Positions 1-8,405 of a stretch of DNA of 23,022 bases are shown here, one piece after another; positions within the stretch are counted from its first letter, which is position 1, and the number at the start of each line of letters is the position of its first letter. The stretch is taken from positions 1-23,022 of the forward strand of contig CAPFLK010000011.1 of the NCBI GenBank assembly GCA_948612235.1, written 5' to 3'. This DNA is from an uncultured Lachnospiraceae bacterium. Lineage in GTDB: Bacteria; Bacillota; Clostridia; Lachnospirales; Lachnospiraceae. The notes below the pieces were generated by a model. It ran no database searches and had not been told where the DNA came from. It saw nothing but the letters and a program-made list of their open reading frames with translations. The position numbers and the translations under genes were made by a program.

Positions 1-60
1 GCTTATCGGAGCGGAGCATAAGCCCTGCGATGATGGCTACAAACCAGCAGAAAGCAGCTC
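1..60. other. Short GC-rich patch at the window edge with a degenerate hairpin at 11-29 (loop ATAA). It resembles the DGR-associated hairpin at 22951-22970.
   Basis: Local GC is far above the surrounding AT-rich sequence. Read on the minus strand, agggcttatgc-tccgc matches the agggcttacgccctcgc hairpin at the other end of the window. 5 of 7 pairs are Watson-Crick. Confidence 0.3.
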
Positions 61-254
61 TGCGGGAAAAACAGGATTCAAAGTGGCATAAAATATTTTC
101 AATAAAATTTATCATAATCGTATGGTCAACCACCCGAAAGTATGGTAAACTCATACATGCAATAACTCTTTCGTGTGGTTTTTATCCTTTTTGGTTTGGC
201 AACTATAGGATAACATACAACCATATGGAAGGGTTATTCTTTTATTGAAAACTT

Positions 255-557
255 TTAACTCACAAGTTTTTTACTATTTCTAACTTTATTATATTCTTCT
301 TCTGAAATATGCAATGGTATTTCCCAACCATTCTGAAGTTCATTCCACATTGCTATTAATTCTTTATGTATATCATTCCCAATACGATTTTCACATTTAA
401 TCTTGTCAATCATATTGGCTCCGCCAACAAACGGCTCATAATATATTTTTATATTATTTTCATCAATACACTTTTGAATAATAGGTACAATATACTTGCT
501 TATTCTGTTTTTACTTCCAACGTATTTTATTTTTCTTTCCCAGAAAGGCATGATCAT
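255..557 (-). pseudogene. N-terminal about 100 aa of a Dam-like (D12 class) N6-adenine DNA methyltransferase. It is truncated, with no continuation in any frame downstream.
   Basis: KYVGSK...YYEPFVGGANM matches the Dam N-terminus plus motif I (KWAGGK...EPFVGAGSV). The DPPY motif IV region is missing. All three minus frames in 1-254 contain stops or unrelated sequence. Confidence 0.5.
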
Positions 558-606
558 CTCACGGCTGCAGCACCTTTGTTCCTTTCTATGTTATTTTTTC
601 TTTTAT

Positions 607-1209
607 TTATTCTTCTTCATCATAATACTGACTTAAAGACTCACTATACCATTCCCAGTTATCTACACCGCCAGCCTCTAAAGCACTGAGTTTTCTATTT
701 CTTTCCATCAATTCTTCATATTCCTTTTTAGAAATAATTTTATCGGAACCCTCTACTTTAACACTGTTACCACCAATCAAATTACATAACTGAGTAGTCG
801 TTTCTCTAACTTGTCCAATCACTTCTTCTTTAATAGAATGATATAAATCATCATATAGATTTTCAGTCAACCCATCTTTAATTTCTCTTTTTAACTGCTC
901 CAATCTGTCAGGATTCTTTGTCAACTGTGACTCTATGTAACCTTCAAACTGTTCTAAATATTTGTCATCAATATCTTTAATAAGTTTATCAAATACTCTC
1001 TCTTTTATTTCCTTTTTAATTTCATCCTTTAAAGCATATTCATCGCTATATGTAAGAGCCAGCTTTTCTTTTACTTCACTTTTAATCTGATTTATAGCTG
1101 ATTCTTTGGCTTCATCAAAATTTGTTTCTGACAATTCTCTTATTACACCCTGTTTGATTCCTTCAAATACTTCATCAAAATCAAACTCAAATTTAAGTGG
1201 TGTTCCCAT
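607..1209 (-). CDS. Hypothetical acidic, coiled-coil-rich protein.
   Basis: 200-aa ORF with a strongly charged, heptad-like composition. It overlaps the start of the next gene in an operon-like way. Confidence 0.45.
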   Translation of the reverse strand: MGTPLKFEFDFDEVFEGIKQGVIRELSETNFDEAKESAINQIKSEVKEKLALTYSDEYALKDEIKKEIKERVFDKLIKDIDDKYLEQFEGYIESQLTKNPDRLEQLKREIKDGLTENLYDDLYHSIKEEVIGQVRETTTQLCNLIGGNSVKVEGSDKIISKKEYEELMERNRKLSALEAGGVDNWEWYSESLSQYYDEEE

Positions 1210-1435
1210 TAAATTCCTCCCTGTTTACCAGTTTAACAACACTTGCATATTTTACAATATTATCTGTTGTTCCATTCTCATCTAAATAATCTTCATATGC
1301 GTCTTTACACCAACTACCCTCACAACTCCAATATCCATTTGGTGTAACACCAGACTTATATTCTCCATATTCTGTATGAGAGCAATAACTACAAATCTCT
1401 TCGCTATCACACATTTCTTCAAAAGTTTGTAACAT
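1193..1435 (-). CDS. Small Cys-rich hypothetical protein, possibly zinc-binding.
   Basis: 80-aa ORF with CxxC-like spacing (CSYCSH...CEGSWC). Confidence 0.35.
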   Translation of the reverse strand: MLQTFEEMCDSEEICSYCSHTEYGEYKSGVTPNGYWSCEGSWCKDAYEDYLDENGTTDNIVKYASVVKLVNREEFNGNTT

Positions 1436-1471
1436 ACACTCTAAATCACCTCCTGCAATAAAACAGATTTT

Positions 1472-1684
1472 TCATGTCCATGTATGTATGTGCAAACCGC
1501 CTAAATCTAAAGTAATCATGCGCTGTTTGGCAAACTGTACAATAACATCATGTGCGTCTCTCAAAAGTTGTTTATTGACAGTCACTTCATATCCCGCCAT
1601 TCCTGGATCTTTACACAACGATTTTTCATTTAAATTAATAAGCAATCTCTCAACATCAACTTCTCTTTCAATATTTACTTTCAA
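1472..1684 (-). CDS. Hypothetical small protein.
   Basis: 70-aa ORF in the co-directional array. I recognise no motif. Confidence 0.3.
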   Translation of the reverse strand: MKVNIEREVDVERLLINLNEKSLCKDPGMAGYEVTVNKQLLRDAHDVIVQFAKQRMITLDLGGLHIHTWT

Positions 1685-1844
1685 ATTTACTATTCTCCTT
1701 TTGTCACACTTGACTACCTATCAAAATGCTTAAGTCACAAACTTGAACACAAGAAAGACGGTTGAAATGAAAACAACGAAATTTATCTGATTGAGTGTTG
1801 AACACTCCTGTAGATGGTCAAGTGTATTTAATTTACATTCAATA

Positions 1845-1886
1845 CTTTGTGTGGTTTTAACACCACACAAAGTAATTTTTATTTTG
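1845..1886 (+). terminator. Perfect 11-bp-stem hairpin (ctttgtgtggt / accacacaaag, 6-nt loop) followed by a T-rich tract on the plus strand. It is an intrinsic-terminator-like element or an operator.
   Basis: The inverted repeat is seen directly. taatttttattttg follows on the plus strand and an A-rich run precedes it. It lies in the 300-nt gap after the SBP-OmpA gene. Confidence 0.35.
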
Positions 1887-1983
1887 ATTTCTTTTTACAT
1901 CTGCCTACTATGTATCCTACCAAGAAAGATACGGCAAAACATACAAGAAACACACCAATATTTAACACAATCATTTAATTCTC

Positions 1984-3600
1984 CTACTCGATACACTTAA
2001 ACGATACATCTGTTCTTCTATTCATTGAACGATGCTCCTCTGTATCGTTTTCGACAATCGGGGCGCTGGAACCATTACCTACGACAACGATTCTGTCAGC
2101 AGATACACCATTCATAATAAAATAATTTTTAACTGCTTCTGCTCTTTGTAGTGACAACTTAGTATTATATTCATCAAGCGGGTCACTATCAAGATTCGGA
2201 TCTGTATTACCAGCAATCTCAATAATTGCACCATCAAGAACCTTTGCGATTCCAATAAACCTATCTAATTCCGTAGAGGCACTGACAGAATCAGAAAACT
2301 TGGCAGTATTCTTTACAAATGTCACAGACGCAGAACCTTCAAGTAGTGCTTCTGTTTCAGCAATAATCTGCTTATTCTCTTCTGTTACCTTTACTGTTTC
2401 AGTATTAGAAATTTCTGTCGAACTAAAATTGTCAGAAACACTTTGGATATATGTATCATCAAATAATGTTTCCAGAAGACCTACGTTTACTTCTTCTCCA
2501 ATAGAAGTCCACACTTCACACATGTCAGTATAAATTGTTCTTGCAGTGCCATTAAGCAAATCTTCATTATCTTTCCACGTAGTCAGTTTGGCCGATACAC
2601 AATTATCAATAATATCTTCGTCAGATGCAGTATTAAACATTGGCATAACTTCTCTGATTGCATCAAATTCTGTATCATACAACTTACTTGCCTCAAGAGA
2701 ACCTTGAATAAATTTTTCTACTGTGTCAGGATGTGCTTCTGCAAAATCCTTATCAAATAAGACACCATCCATTACGAGGTTTGTAGAACTTGCTGTACTA
2801 AACAAAATATGCGCATCTGTCATATTCTGGGCCTGTGTCAAATAAGGTTCCCATGTAGCTGCCACATCAATTTGTTCTGCAAAGAAAGCTTTTGCCGCAT
2901 CATCTGGTGTAGCAAATAGAATAAGATTATCAATAATAGCGTCTTTCTCAGTTTGTGCCAAATCAGAGTTATTTACAAACCATACAACCAACGTCTGCGC
3001 TTCCGAAAATTCAGGAACACCAATCTTTGCACCAACTAAATCTTTAACAGTCATAATACTCGACTTTGCAATAATTCCATCGCCGCCATTAGAATAGTTT
3101 GTGATATAAGGCATGATTACTTCTTTATTGGCGTTTGCAAATTTATTAGATAAGAACGCCGTCCTATTGATTGTATATCCAGCCGCATTTAAGTCGCCTT
3201 TAATCAAAGCATTGCTAGATTGCGTAGCATCGTTAATAATATTAATGTTTACATTAATACCAAGTTTCCCATAAATAGAATCTGGCTGAGTTGTTAAACC
3301 TTTATTTGCATCAATAATAGATTTCCATCCAATCCATTCATCTAACGAGATATTGATTGTATCATCCATTACATTGGTATCATTTGTTTCAGATGAAACA
3401 TTATTTACTGTATCATTTTTAGATTCAATTTTATCACTATCCTTGTTAACCACAGTGGCCATTTCTTCATTTGTTTTGTCTTTTGTTTTGATTAGCCCTG
3501 TCTTTATTCCTACGAATACGCCACTACCTAACAGTGTAAGAATCAAACAAAAAACCATAATCTTTGCTGTCTTCGTTAATCTAAATCTCTTTGTACTCAT
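1984..3600 (-). CDS. Membrane-anchored ABC substrate-binding protein (NMT1/SsuA-like, NitT/TauT family) fused to a C-terminal OmpA/MotB-like peptidoglycan-binding domain.
   Basis: N-terminal TM helix. Central SBP-like region (WEPYLTQAQ...). C-terminus NTDPNLD...YNTKLSLQRAEAVKNYF...RRTDV matches the OmpA_C consensus (GHTD..G...YN..LS..RA.AV..YL...NRRVE). Confidence 0.7.
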   Translation of the reverse strand: MSTKRFRLTKTAKIMVFCLILTLLGSGVFVGIKTGLIKTKDKTNEEMATVVNKDSDKIESKNDTVNNVSSETNDTNVMDDTINISLDEWIGWKSIIDANKGLTTQPDSIYGKLGINVNINIINDATQSSNALIKGDLNAAGYTINRTAFLSNKFANANKEVIMPYITNYSNGGDGIIAKSSIMTVKDLVGAKIGVPEFSEAQTLVVWFVNNSDLAQTEKDAIIDNLILFATPDDAAKAFFAEQIDVAATWEPYLTQAQNMTDAHILFSTASSTNLVMDGVLFDKDFAEAHPDTVEKFIQGSLEASKLYDTEFDAIREVMPMFNTASDEDIIDNCVSAKLTTWKDNEDLLNGTARTIYTDMCEVWTSIGEEVNVGLLETLFDDTYIQSVSDNFSSTEISNTETVKVTEENKQIIAETEALLEGSASVTFVKNTAKFSDSVSASTELDRFIGIAKVLDGAIIEIAGNTDPNLDSDPLDEYNTKLSLQRAEAVKNYFIMNGVSADRIVVVGNGSSAPIVENDTEEHRSMNRRTDVSFKCIE

Positions 3601-3611
3601 TCACTCTCTCC

Positions 3612-4349
3612 TTATTTGTTATACTTTTTCTTTAATGATTCAAGATAATCATTGCTTTGCATTTTTTTAGCTTCTGCATCTGCTTTTTGTAATCTGGTAG
3701 ACATCTTATTATCATGTACAGCTTTTGAGCCTTCTACAACAGCATCCAAGTCTTTATTCTTATCTCTCACCGACTCAAGAAGTTTATCTGTAGCAGTGAC
3801 ATTTTTCAGTTCATCCATATCATCATAAACTTCTTTAAGCTGTTTCTTTACTTTCATGTTCTCCACTACTTCTTTGCTTTCTCTCTTCAGTTTTCGAAGA
3901 TTTTTTTCACACATTTCCTGCGCTTCTCTTGCTGTATTTGCAGCAACTTCATATGCCTTAACCAATTCTGAATGCCGCTTAATATCAGCCATTATCTCTT
4001 CTCTCTCCTCAGCCTTTAATTGTGCTAAATCAATTTTACTATTCTTAACAAGCGATTCACATTCAGACTCCACTTTTGATAACCTTGATTTAAGGTTTTC
4101 CATATCTCTTTTTGCTGTACTTAATTTACCAGCCGCTATTTTTAAAGCATTATCTGCTTTATTATAAGCCTCCTGGGCCTGATCAATCTTCTCACTATAG
4201 ATTGCTTCAGCACCTTCTGGTGTTGTAGCCATGTCTTTAATAAAAAGTCTTGTAACCCCTTTAAGCAATGCTCTAAACTCTGGAAACAGAATCAGCATCA
4301 ACGCAAAAACAATAACTACAATACCGATAATCATTTGATTCAAACCCAC
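3612..4349 (-). CDS. PspA/IM30-like coiled-coil protein with an N-terminal TM helix.
   Basis: N-terminal hydrophobic helix, then a long coiled coil. Its beginning (TTPEGAEAI...NALKIAAGKL...) resembles the PspA/IM30 N-terminus (AEDPQKL...ARALAEKK...). Confidence 0.45.
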   Translation of the reverse strand: MGLNQMIIGIVVIVFALMLILFPEFRALLKGVTRLFIKDMATTPEGAEAIYSEKIDQAQEAYNKADNALKIAAGKLSTAKRDMENLKSRLSKVESECESLVKNSKIDLAQLKAEEREEIMADIKRHSELVKAYEVAANTAREAQEMCEKNLRKLKRESKEVVENMKVKKQLKEVYDDMDELKNVTATDKLLESVRDKNKDLDAVVEGSKAVHDNKMSTRLQKADAEAKKMQSNDYLESLKKKYNK

Positions 4350-4888
4350 TAATTTACACCTCCCACAAATTTTACTAGTTCTTTGATTCTACCAATTTCG
4401 GCAGAAATTTTTTCATTAGAAATTTTTACATCATTCATCTCATTTGAGATCTCAGTTTCTAAATCCGCAATAGCTTTCTTGAACTCTTCAATCTTCTCCT
4501 CCTTTTCTGAAATCGAATCATTAGATTCAGTATTAATCTTCTCTTTTACCCCAACTAACACTTCTATTCTCTTTTCTCCATCGTCAACAACTTCTGTTGC
4601 AGTCAGTCCAAAACTGCCGAGGATTGAAAGAACAGACACTCTCTTAGTTTCTGTCATCATCTCTTTTGGTAAAGAATTGATTAGTTCTTCAACTTTAAAA
4701 ACTGATTGAGACTTATCATATAAGTCATTCTGTGTGTAAATATCATCAATTAATGTATTTGTATTTACACTATCAAGTTCCACCTCTACATTTTCTTCTC
4801 CACATGAACCTAAATCCTCTTCTGCTCCATTGTTTTCTGTTGGCACTTCCTCTACAAATGCTTTGCCAATCGATTTCAAAAATCCCAT
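4349..4888 (-). CDS. Hypothetical acidic coiled-coil protein.
   Basis: 179-aa ORF translationally coupled to neighbours inside the ABC operon. Confidence 0.45.
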   Translation of the reverse strand: MGFLKSIGKAFVEEVPTENNGAEEDLGSCGEENVEVELDSVNTNTLIDDIYTQNDLYDKSQSVFKVEELINSLPKEMMTETKRVSVLSILGSFGLTATEVVDDGEKRIEVLVGVKEKINTESNDSISEKEEKIEEFKKAIADLETEISNEMNDVKISNEKISAEIGRIKELVKFVGGVN

Positions 4889-4906
4889 CTTCTTCCTCCT
4901 TGTTTA

Positions 4907-5518
4907 TTAAAGATTTATTATTTCATCACACATTCGTTTTGCCTCTTCTGTGCTATGTGTAACCATAATAATTGTATTACTGCTATCCTTGTGCATTTTA
5001 ATAATTATCTTCTGCATTTCTTCTCTTGTAATAGCGTCTAATGCCGATAACGGCTCGTCCATCAATATAATCTGAGGCTGTGTAAATAATGTTCTTGCCA
5101 ATGCCAACCTCTGTCTCATACCCCCAGACAATTGCCTTGGATATTTTTGTGCATGTGCATCAAGTTTAACTAGCCTAAGCATTCTCATAGCATTTTCTTT
5201 ATCTATCTTTGTGATTCTATTTTTTATTTTCTTTGCGATGAGCACATTATCTAAACATGTCATCCAATCAAATGAAGTATAGTTTTGATGTATCATATAA
5301 ATCCCATTTTTACTTGGTCTATTTTCTTTTATTCCATTTACTATAACTTCTCCTTGCAGTGGTTTAACCAATCCTGCTATAGTTCTTAATAATGTTGTCT
5401 TCCCACATCCAGATTCACCCAAGATTCCATATATTTTTGCATCAAAGTCATAGCTAAATCCTTTTAATAAGGGTGAGTCCCTAGAGTAACCAGTATACAA
5501 ATCATTCAAGACAATCAT
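4907..5518 (-). CDS. ABC transporter ATP-binding protein (NitT/TauT family, SsuB/TauB-like).
   Basis: Walker A GESGCGKTT, ABC signature LSGGMRQR, Walker B IILMDEPLSALD, H-loop VTHS. Confidence 0.85.
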   Translation of the reverse strand: MIVLNDLYTGYSRDSPLLKGFSYDFDAKIYGILGESGCGKTTLLRTIAGLVKPLQGEVIVNGIKENRPSKNGIYMIHQNYTSFDWMTCLDNVLIAKKIKNRITKIDKENAMRMLRLVKLDAHAQKYPRQLSGGMRQRLALARTLFTQPQIILMDEPLSALDAITREEMQKIIIKMHKDSSNTIIMVTHSTEEAKRMCDEIINL

Positions 5519-6263
5519 CTAAATACCTCCACGCAAATACCTTCTTTACCAATTTCTTCATTAGACTGTCAAACAACACACTGATGACCATAATCATAAT
5601 AATGGCCATAAATACCAAATCTGTCCTTCCTCTTGAAGACGACTGTTGGATAATATATCCTAGTCCATATTTCGCATTTATTGTTTCGGTTGCTGCTATA
5701 TATGTCCATCCAATTCCATACATCATAATAAAACTATTCATTAAACTCGGAAGAATTGCTGGTATTTGTACTTTAGCGATTATCTGAAGCTTATTCATTC
5801 CTATTGTAAGTCCTGTATCAATAAGATCTGAATTAATTTCATCTAAGCACAGAATTACTGATGGCATCATATACACAAATGTTGCAATAAACAGAAATAC
5901 AATCTTCATAAGCTCATCAATTCCAAACCACATAATCAATAATGGATAAAATGCCGTAATGGGTATGTATCTCATAATACTTATTACTGGACTTATAATA
6001 TCGTTTGTTATTTTTGAGTTATACACCAGCAATGCTATTGGAAATGCTATCATCCCTGATAAGAATGTCGCTATTGTAATTCTTAAAAATGAATACTTTA
6101 TTGCCATGAATAGCTGACCACTTTTCATCATTCCAATCAGATTCATAAATACTAATTTGGGATTGGGGATGAATAGTGGATTGACATTTTTAGAACAGAG
6201 ACTCCACACTAAGATTACGCTTAGTAATAATAGTAATCTTTTTGCAATTTTCTTAATTTTCAT
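5502..6263 (-). CDS. ABC transporter permease (binding-protein-dependent inner-membrane component, TauC/SsuC-like).
   Basis: Multiple TM segments. Its end overlaps the ATPase start. EAA-like region present. Confidence 0.8.
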   Translation of the reverse strand: MKIKKIAKRLLLLLSVILVWSLCSKNVNPLFIPNPKLVFMNLIGMMKSGQLFMAIKYSFLRITIATFLSGMIAFPIALLVYNSKITNDIISPVISIMRYIPITAFYPLLIMWFGIDELMKIVFLFIATFVYMMPSVILCLDEINSDLIDTGLTIGMNKLQIIAKVQIPAILPSLMNSFIMMYGIGWTYIAATETINAKYGLGYIIQQSSSRGRTDLVFMAIIMIMVISVLFDSLMKKLVKKVFAWRYLDDCLE

Positions 6264-6337
6264 TCACCCTTTCTTACTTGCTGATTCTACACTTAGCTTG
6301 TGTATTATTTAGCTTTGAAATCTCGAATTTATTGTCT

Positions 6338-7519
6338 TTAACCATTGTGCTTCAATAGATATTCTCTCGACACATTTTTGAAGCTCTGCTGTCCATCAAC
6401 ACTTCGGTATACGAACCCCTCTCTTTTTACCTTTGGATTGATTTCACTATACCCATCAGCTTCCAGCTTCATTTCTTCCATAGTCTTAGGCAACACATAT
6501 TCTGTATCAGTAATTGGCACATTCTTTAATCCATTCTGTTCGCAGAATTTAGCCATATCTACGGTTCCAAGACGTACACCGTCAACAATCAGATTGAATA
6601 CAAATAACTCATTCTCTTTCAGCTTATATGGATTACCTTGAACTGATCCAACACCCTCTCCTTGGAGAACCACTCTGTTATATCCATTCTCCATAGCAAA
6701 CTTAGTCAAAATAATTTCAATGCCATACTTATCTGCCAGCTCCCAATAGATATTTGACTCATGATATGTTTCCTGATTTCTATCTGCCTGTCTTACATTT
6801 CTACTACAAACAATAAACTCAAACTTATTCTTCTTGATTCTGTCTACAGCAAATGTGCAGCTTGTTCCATCTAATTTTTCTGTCTTAATCCACTTATTAG
6901 TACTTTCCAGATAAAACGGAGCATTCTCAATTCGTGTTTCGTCTGTCTTAACAATCCACTTGGGAAACTCTTTCGGATTATCTTTCTTCTTGCCAAAGAA
7001 CAGGAACATGATTTTTCTGCCAAGTTTATATCTCATAATCTTTCGCACAAATGGTCTACTAAACAGCTTCTTGTGTCTCTGAGCCATAGATTTATATTTT
7101 GCATCTGGATCTACGTTGTTGGACTTTCTCTTAACATCTTCTTCACAAGAATAAGTAATTTTAAGACTTTCAGTCACGTCCGATCCAATAGCATTATCAC
7201 TCAACTCTGGAAATAATGAAATCGGGAGTGCAAGTCCCTGACTAATAACCTTAAATTTCCCTAGCTTCATTGTTTTTACCTTATAATGCTTTGTTGCTAA
7301 GAAAGCAAATCTTTCATCAGATTCAGGACATTTACTATCAATTTCAATGTACACGGCTAAATCTCCTGGCTTAAACTCTTCTTTCTTTGCGATACAAACC
7401 CATCCAAGGACTCCAATAAGTTCAATATTATCTGCTCCATCAATCGGTCTTACCCACTCAATTTTTTCAATATGTGCCAATGCTCTATCTGCCATATTAA
7501 ATTTCTCCTTTTCTCTCAA
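6338..7519 (-). CDS. ATP-dependent RNA ligase, Rnl5/DraRnl-like (N-terminal OB-like domain plus nucleotidyltransferase domain).
   Basis: KxDG adenylylation motif TEKLDGTS. Candidate motif IV EGxV (QGEGVG / REGFVY). N-terminus IEWVRPIDGADNIELIGVLGWVCI...GDLAVYIEIDS resembles the N-domain of DRB0094-type RNA ligases. Confidence 0.6.
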   Translation of the reverse strand: MREKEKFNMADRALAHIEKIEWVRPIDGADNIELIGVLGWVCIAKKEEFKPGDLAVYIEIDSKCPESDERFAFLATKHYKVKTMKLGKFKVISQGLALPISLFPELSDNAIGSDVTESLKITYSCEEDVKRKSNNVDPDAKYKSMAQRHKKLFSRPFVRKIMRYKLGRKIMFLFFGKKKDNPKEFPKWIVKTDETRIENAPFYLESTNKWIKTEKLDGTSCTFAVDRIKKNKFEFIVCSRNVRQADRNQETYHESNIYWELADKYGIEIILTKFAMENGYNRVVLQGEGVGSVQGNPYKLKENELFVFNLIVDGVRLGTVDMAKFCEQNGLKNVPITDTEYVLPKTMEEMKLEADGYSEINPKVKREGFVYRSVDGQQSFKNVSREYLLKHNG

Positions 7520-8390
7520 AAATCAACCTATTCGTATTAAATCCAGCAGCTCCCTTATGACCTCCACCACCATATTTCTTTGCAATATTAGAAACATCCA
7601 CAGTTTTTGAATACATACTATATGTCCATGTACCATTCCTTCCATTGAATGAAAATGGCATTAAAATATCATATAAATCGTCATCCACAGATTTAAACCA
7701 ATCACTACCAGCAAGTCCAACATTCATTGCATACACTTTATATCCCTCAAATTCTGTTTCAAAACCTTTGGACTCACAGTATTCTTTTGCAAAACTATCA
7801 CGATACTTGATGATTACTTTTCCTTCTTCAATATATTTATTCTCCGCATCATCATCTAAAAGGTTATACCAAATCTCGTTATCTGGGCTTTTATCGTATG
7901 CATCAAATCCCATATGAAAATATCTTGTATCAGCACCATATTCAAAAGCCCATACATCATAATCAGCAATATATTTTGTAAACATAGGTGCATCTTTTGT
8001 CATAGAAATATCAAATTTTTTCGGATTGCCACCTCCTCTTTCAGTCATATGATGTAACCAACAATATGTAAGCATACAAGCGGCTATCCCGTCATATCTA
8101 ATTCCACGAATAGGAATTTCAAAATCCGTATATCTTTCTATTGCTGATTTATGATGATCAATCCAGGTTACATCTTTTGTTATTTCTAACAGTTTTCTCA
8201 TTTCGTCTGGCATAATTGAATAGTCAACAATATATACCTGCTCATTAGGATTTATCTTGTCAAAAGAAAATTCCATTCCATAATTGATAGGAATAAATTC
8301 TGACTCATATCCATCATATACTCCTGCACTTAAATACACCCAAAATGCAGCACATTTCCCATCATCATCTACATGATAAAAACACTTCAA
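7497..8390 (-). CDS. DHH-DHHA1 phosphoesterase (NrnA-like nanoRNase / pAp phosphatase, or a cyclic-nucleotide phosphodiesterase).
   Basis: DHH motif I YHVDDDG, motif II VDYS, motif III IDHH, DHHA1 motif GGGGHKGAAGF. Confidence 0.75.
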   Translation of the reverse strand: MKCFYHVDDDGKCAAFWVYLSAGVYDGYESEFIPINYGMEFSFDKINPNEQVYIVDYSIMPDEMRKLLEITKDVTWIDHHKSAIERYTDFEIPIRGIRYDGIAACMLTYCWLHHMTERGGGNPKKFDISMTKDAPMFTKYIADYDVWAFEYGADTRYFHMGFDAYDKSPDNEIWYNLLDDDAENKYIEEGKVIIKYRDSFAKEYCESKGFETEFEGYKVYAMNVGLAGSDWFKSVDDDLYDILMPFSFNGRNGTWTYSMYSKTVDVSNIAKKYGGGGHKGAAGFNTNRLIFERKGEI

Positions 8391-8405
8391 ATTATCAAAC
8401 CCTCC

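Noticed and set aside
30-248. Plus-strand 72-aa ORF at the window start.
   Set aside because: There is no RBS and the composition is odd (FIIIVWSTTRKYG...). It overlaps the region where the Dam fragment and GC-rich patch suggest a truncated locus, and it sits in a strictly minus-strand array.
1-254. Possibility that the contig is circular and the DGR target gene or VR wraps from the window end into the window start.
   Set aside because: On the minus strand of 1-254 only one frame is open. It encodes a short hydrophobic peptide (…FESCFSRRAAFCWFVAIIAGLMLRSDK) with no nucleotide similarity to the TR, and it would terminate after 14 more codons across the junction.
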